Below are positions 1-8,572 of a DNA stretch of 27,731 nucleotides, one piece after another. The position numbers and the translations under genes are program-made. This DNA comes from a virus (lineage: Duplodnaviria > Caudoviricetes): the IMG/VR virus record IMGVR_UViG_3300037462_000123, positions 1 to 27,731 of that record; one strand, given 5' to 3'. Numbering within the stretch: the first letter of the stretch is position 1; every line of letters begins with the position of its first letter. The notes under the pieces were generated by a model that was not told where the DNA came from, searched no databases, and saw only the letters and a list, made by a program, of their open reading frames with translations.

Positions 1-2
1 TG

Positions 3-452
3 GTGCTGCGCCGTGGCGTGCGGGGCTTGGTGTTCGACCCGTGGAATGAGATCGAGCACAGCCGGCCGCGCGACCAGACCGAGACCGAGTACGTAGGCGA
101 GAGCCTGCGGGAGGTCCGCCAGTTCGCCAAAGCGCATCAGGTGCACGTGTGGATCGTGGCGCATCCGGCCAAGCTGCTGAAGGACCCGAAGAGCGGCCAG
201 TACCCGGTGGCCGGTCCCTACGACATCAGCGGCTCGGCGAACTGGCACAACAAGCCCGACGCGATCGTCAGCGTGTGGCGGGAGCGCCGCCCGGACGTGC
301 CGACCACGATGGTCGACATCCACGTCCAGAAGGTGCGCAGCAAGTACGTCGGGAAGCTCGGTCAAGTGAAGCTGCAGTGGAACCGCGTGACCGGCCGATA
401 CACCGAGCCGGGTGCGGCGGAGCATCACAAGAGGATCAAGGACGGCGAGTGA
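3..452 (+). CDS. SF4 (T7 gp4/Twinkle-like) primase-helicase, C-terminal part, truncated by the window edge
   Basis: Motifs LVFDPWNE (Walker B region), VWIVAHPAK, YDISGSANWHNKPD and VQKVR are typical of Twinkle/gp4-like helicases. Confidence 0.8.
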   Translation: MLRRGVRGLVFDPWNEIEHSRPRDQTETEYVGESLREVRQFAKAHQVHVWIVAHPAKLLKDPKSGQYPVAGPYDISGSANWHNKPDAIVSVWRERRPDVPTTMVDIHVQKVRSKYVGKLGQVKLQWNRVTGRYTEPGAAEHHKRIKDGE

Positions 453-1273
453 TGGCTGGCGACTGGATGAAGATGCGGACGAACCTGTGGGACGACCCAC
501 GGGTTTGTCGCCTGTGCGATCTGACCTCCAAGACGGAGGCGACGGTGATCGGCGCCCTGTACTGGCTGTGGGCTACCGCTGACGAGCACAGCGAAGACGG
601 CAGCCTGCCCGGCTACACGATCGCGCAGATCGACCGCAAGACGGCCGTCAAGGGCTTGGGCAAAGCTTTGGCGTCCATCGGATGGCTGATCGAGGAAGAG
701 GGCGGCGTGTCGATCGCCCGGTTCGCCGAACACAACGGAGCCAGCGCCAAGGCGCGCGCCTTGACCGCCAAACGTGTCGCCGACCACAAGCAGAAGGGTG
801 AGGCGCGAGTAACGCATGAACCTCAAAACGCTAACGCAGAGTTAACGCTTGAGTGCGAATCGGGTAACGACGCAAACGTTAGCGGTGCGTTACCTAGAGA
901 AGAGAAGAGAAGAAAAGAAAAGAACAACCCCCCTACCCCCCGCAAGCGGGGGGCGGTTGGATCCGAGGTTGAGCCGGCCGGGTTCACGGCCTTTTGGGCG
1001 GCGTGGCCCGCCCACAAGCGCAAGGCCGACCGAACGCGATGCTTGGCGCGATGGATCGCGGACGACTGCGAGCCGCTTGCGTCCGAGATCGTCGACAAGC
1101 TGGCTGCATGGGTCGCGTCTGACGACTGGACGAAGGACGGCGGCAACTTCATCCCGGCGCCGCTGGTGTGGCTGAACCAGCGCCGGTACGACGCAGCGGC
1201 GCCCGAGTCGGCTCTGCCGCCGGGCGTGGTCATGCGGTACGGGCAGGCAACGATCGGCGGGTTCGTGCCGTGA
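452..1273 (+). CDS. Phage replication initiator / replisome organizer (lambda O-like architecture)
   Basis: ATG at 452 overlaps the helicase stop (TGATG). N-terminus MAGDWMKMRTNLWDDPRV..LYWLW, central REEKRR linker, C-terminal FTAFWAAWP..DWTKDGGNFIPAPLVWLNQRRY domain; internal iteron-like repeats. Confidence 0.75.
   Translation: MAGDWMKMRTNLWDDPRVCRLCDLTSKTEATVIGALYWLWATADEHSEDGSLPGYTIAQIDRKTAVKGLGKALASIGWLIEEEGGVSIARFAEHNGASAKARALTAKRVADHKQKGEARVTHEPQNANAELTLECESGNDANVSGALPREEKRRKEKNNPPTPRKRGAVGSEVEPAGFTAFWAAWPAHKRKADRTRCLARWIADDCEPLASEIVDKLAAWVASDDWTKDGGNFIPAPLVWLNQRRYDAAAPESALPPGVVMRYGQATIGGFVP
809..952. promoter_or_regulatory. Putative phage replication origin inside the initiator gene
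   Basis: TAACG(C) repeats at 810, 832, 843 and 865; inverted copies at 877 and 887; purine-rich tract 896-924; GC hairpin CCCCCG-CAAG-CGGGGG at 937-952. This is the lambdoid ori layout. Confidence 0.6.
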
Positions 1274-1334
1274 CGCGCGCGCGCGTTTGCACCGCAACGA
1301 CGATTGACCGAAGCAGACTGACCGAGGGGAAACG

Positions 1335-1577
1335 ATGGACTATCCGACCGCACCGCTGCTGACCCGCCTGCAGGCGATCGACGCCTCGGGCTTCGGGCCG
1401 ATCGAGACGCCGACCGAGCCCGAGCCGGGCGACGAGCTGCAGCGCATGACCGCGCGTGCGCTGCGTGCCGAGGGGATCATCGCGGCCGTGTGGCGGCGGC
1501 TGGACGACTACCGCGAGCGCGGGCAGGCGCTGCCCAGCTACGGGGACTTGATCGCGATCCTGCAGGGGGTCGAATGA
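1335..1577 (+). CDS. Hypothetical phage protein (80 aa)
   Basis: RBS GAGGGA before the ATG; ATGA overlap with the next gene. Confidence 0.65.
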   Translation: MDYPTAPLLTRLQAIDASGFGPIETPTEPEPGDELQRMTARALRAEGIIAAVWRRLDDYRERGQALPSYGDLIAILQGVE

Positions 1578-2080
1578 AGCGCGTGCGGCATATCGACGGC
1601 GACGTGTCGGCTATTCGCGGTTGCCTGGCATACGACGCTACCAGCGGCTTGTTGCGATGGACGGTCCGCAAATCGCAGCGCGTAGGCGTTGGGCAGGTAG
1701 CCGGATATCGAGCGGCGGGCGGTTATGTGCGGGTCGAGGTCGATGGGAAAAGCTATGCCGCGCACCATATCGCGTGGCTGCTATCGACCGGCAATTGGCC
1801 GAAGCAGGAGATTGACCACATCAACGGCCGTCGAGATGACAACCGGTTCGCGAACCTCCGCGACGTGTCTCGCGCTGAGAACGTCCAGAACATCGACGCG
1901 CTTGGTGTGACGCGGACACGCTCAGGCAAGTGGAAGGCCCAGATCAGCGTCGGCAATCGGAAGCGGACGATTGGAACCTTCGCCGAACATGCCGCCGCGG
2001 TTGGCGCGTATCGGTTGGCCAAGGCGGAACTTCATCCGACGTGGCGTGGCGCCGAGCTGGTCCGGCTGCTGCAGGGGTGA
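1574..2080 (+). CDS. HNH homing endonuclease with AP2-like C-terminal domain
   Basis: YAAHHIAW..EIDHINGRRDDNRFANLRDVSRAENVQN (HNH), then GV...KWKAQI....TIGTF (AP2-like); ATG at 1574. Confidence 0.9.
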   Translation: MKRVRHIDGDVSAIRGCLAYDATSGLLRWTVRKSQRVGVGQVAGYRAAGGYVRVEVDGKSYAAHHIAWLLSTGNWPKQEIDHINGRRDDNRFANLRDVSRAENVQNIDALGVTRTRSGKWKAQISVGNRKRTIGTFAEHAAAVGAYRLAKAELHPTWRGAELVRLLQG

Positions 2081-2295
2081 GCGAGCCATGCGACCTGTGC
2101 TCGACTCGCTCCGGCCTGTACCTGCTCAGCCGGACTTGCTGCTGTCTGCGGTTGCTCGACAGTGCGCCGCGGACGCATCAGCCGGCGATGGCGGCGGCGA
2201 TCGAGCGGCAGATGGGAGCGGATCACCTGCAGGACGTTCGCTCCGCCTGGCGCTGCCGTGGCCGCCCTCCGTCAACCGAATCTGGCGCAGCGTGA
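2077..2295 (+). CDS. Small Cys-rich hypothetical protein
   Basis: GTG start overlapping the HNH stop (GTGA); CxxC...CCC; overlaps the 5' part of the RusA frame. Confidence 0.45.
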   Translation: MSEPCDLCSTRSGLYLLSRTCCCLRLLDSAPRTHQPAMAAAIERQMGADHLQDVRSAWRCRGRPPSTESGAA

Positions 2296-2600
2296 CGATC
2301 AAGGGGCGCCAGCGCGTTTTGTTGAGCCGGGAAGGGCGGGAGTACCGGCAGACGGCGATCGACGCGCTACGGGCTCGCTCGCAAGCCGTGGAGGCATTTG
2401 CGGGCCCGGTGGCGGTGAGCATCGATGCGTTGCCGCCCGACAACCGGCGGCGCGATCTCGACAACACGCTGAAAGCGGCGCTCGATGCGCTGACCGCGGC
2501 GGGCGTGTGGGCGGACGACAGCCAGATCGTGGACCTGCGGATCGTGCGCGGCGCCGTGGTAGCTGGCGGGCGGTTGCGCGTGACGGTGGAGGCGCTGTGA
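2088..2600 (+). CDS. rusA: RusA-family Holliday junction resolvase (start uncertain; the domain begins near 2240)
   Basis: LPWPPSVN, PPDNRRRDLDNTLKAALDAL and DDSQIVDL are RusA signature motifs. Confidence 0.9.
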   Translation: MRPVLDSLRPVPAQPDLLLSAVARQCAADASAGDGGGDRAADGSGSPAGRSLRLALPWPPSVNRIWRSVTIKGRQRVLLSREGREYRQTAIDALRARSQAVEAFAGPVAVSIDALPPDNRRRDLDNTLKAALDALTAAGVWADDSQIVDLRIVRGAVVAGGRLRVTVEAL

Positions 2601-2905
2601 TGCCCGCCCTGAAGATGGCCGATCTGCCGTCGACCGTCGTGCACCGGCTGCGCGATGACCACGAGCCGGCGCACCGCGCGCGCAGCCTGCCGGTGCGGTC
2701 GCCGAACGTGCAACGGCTACTTGACCTGCTTGACGAGGTCGAGACAGCCACGGCGCCGAACCTCGCGCTCTGGGCCGGCCTCGACGCGCAGTACGTGCAG
2801 GCGGCGCTGTTCAGCCTCGCCGAGCGCGGGCTCGTGCGGCGCGTCGACCGTGAGGGCGCCGGCGTCAAGCGGCGCGCCCTGCTGCGATGGGAGCGCGTGC
2901 GATGA
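2600..2905 (+). CDS. Winged helix-turn-helix-like protein
   Basis: TGATG coupling to rusA; LLDLL...TAPNLA.WAGL....VQAALFSLAERGLVRRV fits a wHTH pattern. Confidence 0.55.
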   Translation: MPALKMADLPSTVVHRLRDDHEPAHRARSLPVRSPNVQRLLDLLDEVETATAPNLALWAGLDAQYVQAALFSLAERGLVRRVDREGAGVKRRALLRWERVR

Positions 2906-3129
2906 CCGCGCAGCGAGCGGCCGCGGCGTGCTCCGGCAAGGTCGCATTCGACTCGTGGGCGCTGGCCGAAGCCGCATCCAAGCGGCGCCGGAAGAACGCC
3001 GGCATCAGCGTGCGTCCGTACCGCTGCAAGGTGTGCGGGAAGGTGCACCTAGGCGGCGGCGAACCTGTCCGCGACGTGCGAAAGGCGCAGCGGGTGTTTG
3101 CGAAGTACGAAGTCAAGGCGAAGGAGTGA
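2902..3129 (+). CDS. Small zinc-ribbon-like phage protein
   Basis: CSGKVAF...PYRCKVCGKVHL motif; ATGA coupling. Confidence 0.65.
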   Translation: MTAQRAAAACSGKVAFDSWALAEAASKRRRKNAGISVRPYRCKVCGKVHLGGGEPVRDVRKAQRVFAKYEVKAKE

Positions 3130-3132
3130 TCG

Positions 3133-3390
3133 ATGGCAGCGAACCGCTACAAGGTGCAGGCGAAGGTCTGGGCGAAGTGGAGCAAGGCCGCGCGCGCCGT
3201 GTTCAACGAGGTGTATCGCAGCATGCGCAGCTCGCAGTGGGCGTACCTGCATCCGCAGGACGAGCCGAAGAAGCGCAGCTTCTGGCGGACGACCGCCTGG
3301 AACGCGGCGTGGGTTGCCGCGTGCGCGGTCGATGGCGTGACCGTCGACGTCGGCCCGGAACCTCGCACGGCGCCTGCGCGCCGCCGCTGA
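3133..3390 (+). CDS. Hypothetical basic phage protein (85 aa)
   Basis: RBS AAGGAG upstream; fills the operon gap. Confidence 0.6.
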   Translation: MAANRYKVQAKVWAKWSKAARAVFNEVYRSMRSSQWAYLHPQDEPKKRSFWRTTAWNAAWVAACAVDGVTVDVGPEPRTAPARRR

Positions 3391-3408
3391 TCGCAGGACA
3401 ATCTCGGC

Positions 3409-3960
3409 ATGCCGAAGAAGCACAAGCCCAGCAGCAGCCGCCAGCTGACCCCGCGCCAGCAGGCGTTCGTGCGCGAGTACCTGATCGACCTTGTCGCATC
3501 GGACGCGGCGATCCGCGCCGGCTTCTCGGCGAAGAGCGCGAAGGCGATCGCGTTCAACCTGATGCAGCGTCCTGCCATTGCGGCGGCCATCAAGGCCGGG
3601 ATGGAAGCGCGCGAGCGGCGGACCTACATCACGCAGGATCGCGTGCTGCAGGAAATCGCGCGCATCGCGTTCGCCGACGTGCGCAGCCTGTACGACGCAT
3701 CAGGCGCGCTGAAGGCGCCCAAGGATCTGACGCCCGAGGCTGCGGCCGCACTGGCTGCGGTCGACGTGTCCGAGGTTGGCGGCGGCGACGCACCGGTGAT
3801 CATCACGAAGAAGGCGAAGCTGCACGACAAGGTCGCCGCGCTGACACTGGCTGCGCGCCACTTGGGCATGTTGAACGACAAGCTGAAGCTTGACGTCGAG
3901 ACGACGGTGATCGTGAAGGACTACACGGGCCGCAAAGCCGTGGCCGATCCGAGCGCCTGA
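3409..3960 (+). CDS. terS: Terminase small subunit
   Basis: LTPRQQAFVREYLID..ASDAAIRAGFS HTH, ITQDRVLQEIARIAFAD, KLHDKVAAL..LARHLGM; directly precedes the large terminase. Confidence 0.92.
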   Translation: MPKKHKPSSSRQLTPRQQAFVREYLIDLVASDAAIRAGFSAKSAKAIAFNLMQRPAIAAAIKAGMEARERRTYITQDRVLQEIARIAFADVRSLYDASGALKAPKDLTPEAAAALAAVDVSEVGGGDAPVIITKKAKLHDKVAALTLAARHLGMLNDKLKLDVETTVIVKDYTGRKAVADPSA

Positions 3961-5432
3961 TGCCTCGCGTCGAGTTCGCCTACCGGCCGGCCGGCCCGAC
4001 GCTCGAGCGGTACATCCTCGCCGACGAGTCGCGCGCGTTCATCCGCGGCCCGCTCGGCAGCGGCAAGACGAACGCCAGTTGCTGGCGCCTGTTCCGCCGC
4101 ATGTGCGCGCAGGCGCCGAATGCGCAGGGTGTGCGCCGGTCGCGCTGGGCTGCTGTGCGCAACACGTACCCGGACCTGCTGAGCACGACCGTCAAGGACT
4201 GGCTCGAGATGTTCGAAGACCTCGGCGACAAGCGCCGCGGCACGAACGGCATGGTCAAGGGGGGCCTGGAGCCGCCGACGCACTTCCTGTCGTTCCACCT
4301 GCCGGACGGCACGCGCGTCGAGACTGAACTCATCTTCCTCGCGCTCGACAAGGAAGAGCACGTTAAGAAGCTGCGCGGCCTGCAGCTCACCGGCGGCTGG
4401 CTGAACGAGGTCAAGGAGCTGCCGTTTGCCGTTGTGCAGATGCTCGACCTGCGCGTCGGCCGCTTTCCGCAGGATGTCGCGCCGACGTGGTTCGGCATCT
4501 TTGGCGACACCAACGCCTGCGACACCGATCACTGGTACTACCGGCTCGCCGAAGAGGACCAGCCGCCTGGCTGGCTGTTCCTGACGCAGCCCGGCGGCCT
4601 GATGCGCGCCGACAAGGACGCGCCGTGGGTCGAGAACCCGGCGGCGGAGAACGTCGAGAACCTGCCGAAGGCGTACTACCTGCGCGGCGCCGAGGGCAAG
4701 GATGAAGACTGGATCAAGGTCAACTTGGCCAACGAATACGGCTTCGTGCGCGACGGCATGCCGGTGTACCCGGATTACCGCGACAGCACGCACTGCCGCA
4801 CGTTCGAACTGCTGCCAACACTGCCGATCGACATCGGCCTCGACTTCGGCCTGACGCCGGCCGCGGTGGTCGGGCAGGAAATGCCGAACGGCCAGTGGCG
4901 CTGGCGCCGCGAGCTGGTGACCGAAGACACCGGCGTGATCCGTTTCGCGGGCGAACTGAAGCGCTTCCTCGGGCAGCACTTCCCCGGCTATACGATCCGC
5001 AACATCACCGGCGATCCGGCCGGCGATCAGCGTCAGCCCGGCGACAGCGAAGAACGCACCGTGTTCCAGCTGCTCGCCGCGCAGGGCATCGAGGCCAAGC
5101 CGGCGCCGACGAACGACTTCGCCAAGCGCACAGAGGCCGTGTCCGCCGCGCTGCGCCGCCTGATCGACGGCGACCCGGGCTTCCTGATCCATCCCGATTG
5201 CAAGGTCACGCGCAAGGGCATGCAGGGCGCGTATGCGTTCGCGCGTGTGAAGGTGGCCGGCGACGAGCGCTACCAGAACACGCCGGTGAAGAACGCCTAC
5301 AGCCACCCATGCGAGGCCGGCCAGTACCTGATGCTCGGCGGCGGCGCCCACACGCTGCTGATGCCGGCGGCGAAGAAGATCGCGCCGGTCGTTCCTCGCC
5401 CGGCCTACTCGCCTTTCTCTGCCCGGCGATAG
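3960..5432 (+). CDS. terL: Terminase large subunit
   Basis: Walker A GPLGSGKT, Walker B GGWLNE, DTN coupling motif, nuclease GLDFG...GDPAG...SHPCEA. Confidence 0.95.
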   Translation: MPRVEFAYRPAGPTLERYILADESRAFIRGPLGSGKTNASCWRLFRRMCAQAPNAQGVRRSRWAAVRNTYPDLLSTTVKDWLEMFEDLGDKRRGTNGMVKGGLEPPTHFLSFHLPDGTRVETELIFLALDKEEHVKKLRGLQLTGGWLNEVKELPFAVVQMLDLRVGRFPQDVAPTWFGIFGDTNACDTDHWYYRLAEEDQPPGWLFLTQPGGLMRADKDAPWVENPAAENVENLPKAYYLRGAEGKDEDWIKVNLANEYGFVRDGMPVYPDYRDSTHCRTFELLPTLPIDIGLDFGLTPAAVVGQEMPNGQWRWRRELVTEDTGVIRFAGELKRFLGQHFPGYTIRNITGDPAGDQRQPGDSEERTVFQLLAAQGIEAKPAPTNDFAKRTEAVSAALRRLIDGDPGFLIHPDCKVTRKGMQGAYAFARVKVAGDERYQNTPVKNAYSHPCEAGQYLMLGGGAHTLLMPAAKKIAPVVPRPAYSPFSARR

Positions 5433-5473
5433 ACTTCGCCCGCGTTCCTCCGGGAACTCGATAGGGGCAGGCT

Positions 5474-7525
5474 ATGGCGATGACGAAGGAAGAGCGGTTT
5501 CGCAAGGTGCACGCCGAGGCAATGGCGGAGTGGAACCGTATCCAGAGCGCGCTGCGCGACGAGCGCATGCAGTGCCTGCAGGATCGCCGGTTCTATTCGA
5601 TCAGCGGCGCGCAGTGGGAGGGTCCGCTCGCCGAGCAGTTCGACACCAAGCCGCGCTTCGAGATCAACAAGACGCACTTGGCGGTCATCCGGATCTTCAA
5701 CGAGTACCGCAACAACCGGATCACCGTGGACTTCCAGCCGAAGGACGGCGAGGACGCCGACGAGCTCGCCGACACCTGCGACGCGCTGTTCCGCGCTGAC
5801 CTCGCGGACAGTTGCGGAGAGGAAGCGCTCGACAACGCGTTCGAAGAGGCGGTCGGCGGCGGCTTCGGTGCGCTGCGCCTGCGCGCTTGCTACGAAGACG
5901 AGGAAGACGACGAGAACGAGCGCCAGCGCATCGCGATCGAGCCGATCTTCGATGCCGACTCGTGCGTGTTCTTCAACCTGGACGCCAAGCGGCAGGACAA
6001 GAGCGACGCCACCAAGTGCTTCGTCCTGCACTCGCGCGACCGCGCGGCCTACGTGGCCGAGTACGGCGACGATCCGGGCAGCTGGCCGAAGGAAGTGCAG
6101 CAGCAGGTGTTCGATTGGTCGACGCCTGACCTGGTGTACTTCTGCGAGTATTACGTTGTCGAGGAAACGAGCGAACTGATGCGCGTGTTCCGCGGCCTGG
6201 ACGACGAGGACATGACCGTCCCGCAGTCGGAGATCGATGACGACGAGGAAAAGCTCGACACGCTGCTGGCGACCGGCTTCCGCGAGGTCCGGCAGAAGCG
6301 CGTGAAGCGCAAGCGCGTGCACAAGTACATCCTCGGCGCGAGCCGCGTGCTCGAAGACGAGGGCTACATCGCCGGCACGTGCATTCCGGTGATCCCGGTG
6401 TTCGGAAAGCGCTGGTTTGTCGACGGCGTCGAGCGGTGCATGGGCCACGTCAGGCTGGCGAAAGACACGCAGCGCCTCGTGAACATGCAGCGCAGCAAGC
6501 TCGGCGAGATCAGCGCGCTGTCCTCGATCGAGAAGCCGATCGTCACGCCCGAGCAGATCAGCGGGCACGCCTTGATGTGGGAGGAAGACCCCGTCAAAAA
6601 CTTCCCGTACATGCTGCTCAATCCGGTCACCGACGTCGAGGGCAATCCGATGCCGGCCGGCCCGATCGGCTACACCCGTTCGCCGCAGATCCCGCCCGCG
6701 ATGGCCGCCCTGCTGCAGATCACGGAACAGGACTTGCGCGATCTGCTCGGCGACCAGCAGGCCGGCGAAAAGATGGTCAGCAACATCGCCGAGAAGACCG
6801 TCGAGCTGATCCAGCAGCGCCTGGACATGCAGACCTACATCTACATCTCGAACATGGCGAAGGCGCTGCGCCGCGCTGGCGAGGTGTGGCTGTCGATGGC
6901 GAAAGAGCTGTACGTCGAGGACAACCGCCGCATGCGTGCGATGGAACTTGACGGCACCGTGAAGAGCATCGAGCTGCGCCGGCCGGTGATCGATGACGAC
7001 ACCGGCGAACAGCGCTACGAGAACGACCTGTCGCGCGCGAAGTACGCCACGACGGTCGAGGTCGGGCCGAGCAGCAGCTCGCGCCGCAGCGCGCTGGTGC
7101 GTTCGTTGACCGGCCTGCTCAACATCACCACCGACCCGCAAGAGCGGCAAGTGCTCATGTCCATGGTGATGTCGAACCTCGAAGGCGAGGGCATGGGCGA
7201 CATGCGCAAGTGGTTCCGCGCGCGGCTCGTTCGCATGGGCGTCATCCCGCCGACGCCGGAAGAAGCCGAGCAGATGGCGGCCGAGGCGCAGAACGCGGCG
7301 CCCGATCCGCAGACGCAGTACCTGCAGGCCGCCGCCGAGGAAGCCGCTGCCAAAGCCGCCGACGCGCGCGCTGGCACGCTGGTCAAGGTCACGCAGGCCG
7401 ACAAGAACCGCGCCGAGACGACCGAGATCCTGGCTGGCATCGACAGCGAAGAGCAGCGCCGCGCGATCGAGGCGGCCGAGGCGCTGTCGCGGCTGGCGTC
7501 AGCGCCGCCCGGCGTCATCCGCTAA
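5474..7525 (+). CDS. P22-type portal protein
   Basis: 683 aa directly after terL; DRRFY...QW...PRFEINK and GHVRLAKDTQRLVN motifs; helical C-terminal barrel. Confidence 0.92.
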   Translation: MAMTKEERFRKVHAEAMAEWNRIQSALRDERMQCLQDRRFYSISGAQWEGPLAEQFDTKPRFEINKTHLAVIRIFNEYRNNRITVDFQPKDGEDADELADTCDALFRADLADSCGEEALDNAFEEAVGGGFGALRLRACYEDEEDDENERQRIAIEPIFDADSCVFFNLDAKRQDKSDATKCFVLHSRDRAAYVAEYGDDPGSWPKEVQQQVFDWSTPDLVYFCEYYVVEETSELMRVFRGLDDEDMTVPQSEIDDDEEKLDTLLATGFREVRQKRVKRKRVHKYILGASRVLEDEGYIAGTCIPVIPVFGKRWFVDGVERCMGHVRLAKDTQRLVNMQRSKLGEISALSSIEKPIVTPEQISGHALMWEEDPVKNFPYMLLNPVTDVEGNPMPAGPIGYTRSPQIPPAMAALLQITEQDLRDLLGDQQAGEKMVSNIAEKTVELIQQRLDMQTYIYISNMAKALRRAGEVWLSMAKELYVEDNRRMRAMELDGTVKSIELRRPVIDDDTGEQRYENDLSRAKYATTVEVGPSSSSRRSALVRSLTGLLNITTDPQERQVLMSMVMSNLEGEGMGDMRKWFRARLVRMGVIPPTPEEAEQMAAEAQNAAPDPQTQYLQAAAEEAAAKAADARAGTLVKVTQADKNRAETTEILAGIDSEEQRRAIEAAEALSRLASAPPGVIR

Positions 7526-7545
7526 TAGCCGTTCTCTAACGTAAT

Positions 7546-7574
7546 TTGCGCATCGAATAGTCAACGCCTATCGT
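7546..7574 (+). promoter_or_regulatory. Candidate sigma70 promoter upstream of the scaffold gene
   Basis: TTGCGC-17 bp-TATCGT in an AT-richer intergenic gap. Confidence 0.35.
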
Positions 7575-7630
7575 CCGCCCCGCATGGTTTCCGCCGAACC
7601 TGAATCGGCGAGGTCGAGACGGGTCGATTG

Positions 7631-8551
7631 ATGAAGACAAAGGCAGTTGTCGAGGTGTTGCAGGACGACGACGTCGCCGAGGACGCGACGGACGCCACAA
7701 CCGAGGACGCGGCGCAGGACGGCGGCACGGACGAGCAGGGCGAACAGCCCGAGACGCCGGCCGACGATCAGGCCGAGCCCACGAGCGAGGCGACCGACGA
7801 GGCACCGGCTGACGACACCGCACTGCAGGTCACCTTCGGGGAGGCGGCGCCAGCCTCCGAGGACGACGAGAACCGCGCGCCCGAGTGGGTTCGCGAGCTG
7901 CGGAAGCAGAACCGGGAACTGATTCGCGAGAACCGCGAGCTGCGAGCGAAGCACACCGACGCGGCGCCAAGCGCGACCGTGGTCGGCAAGAAGCCGACGC
8001 TCGAAGCCTGCGACTACGACGAATCGAAGTTCGAGACTGAGCTCGAAGCCTGGCACGCGCGCAAGCGCAAGGCCGAGGGCGAAGACGAGGCGCGGCGCAA
8101 GGCCGAAGAGGCCGAAGCTGCCGCGTGGCAAGCCAAGCTGGACGCCTACGGCAAGCGCAAAAGCGAGCTGAAGGTGCGTGACTTCGATGACGCCGAAGAG
8201 CAGGTGAAGGCGTCGTTCAACGTCACACAGCAAGGCGTGCTGCTCCAAGGCTCGGACAACCCCGCGTTGCTGGTCTACGCGCTCGGCAAGAACCCCAACA
8301 AGGCCAAGGAACTCGCGGCCATCACAGACCCGGTGAAGTTCGCTTTCGCGGTTGCGAAGCTGGAGACCCAGTTGAAGGTGACGCCCAAGAAAGCCACGCC
8401 CCTGCCCGAGAAGCCCATCCGCGGAAGTGCGGCGGTGACCGGCGCAGTGGATTCGAACCTGGAGCGCCTGCGCGCCGAGGCTGAACGTACCGGGGACTTC
8501 ACGAAGGTCTTCGCCTACAAGCAGCAGCAGCGAGCGAAGCGGGCGGCCTGA
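7631..8551 (+). CDS. Scaffolding protein
   Basis: Acidic disordered N-terminus, coiled coil, basic C-terminal helix (AERTGDFTKVFAYKQ); located between portal and coat. Confidence 0.85.
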   Translation: MKTKAVVEVLQDDDVAEDATDATTEDAAQDGGTDEQGEQPETPADDQAEPTSEATDEAPADDTALQVTFGEAAPASEDDENRAPEWVRELRKQNRELIRENRELRAKHTDAAPSATVVGKKPTLEACDYDESKFETELEAWHARKRKAEGEDEARRKAEEAEAAAWQAKLDAYGKRKSELKVRDFDDAEEQVKASFNVTQQGVLLQGSDNPALLVYALGKNPNKAKELAAITDPVKFAFAVAKLETQLKVTPKKATPLPEKPIRGSAAVTGAVDSNLERLRAEAERTGDFTKVFAYKQQQRAKRAA

Positions 8552-8572
8552 ACCTGACCGAGGCCTACTGCC

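Noticed and set aside
149-451. N-terminal 101 aa of the 374-aa ORF
   Set aside because: Overlaps the helicase in another frame; the real start is ATG 452
896-924. AGAGA/AGAAA run as a phase-variable microsatellite
   Set aside because: Imperfect and in frame (REEKRRKEK); better explained as the purine-rich tract of the origin
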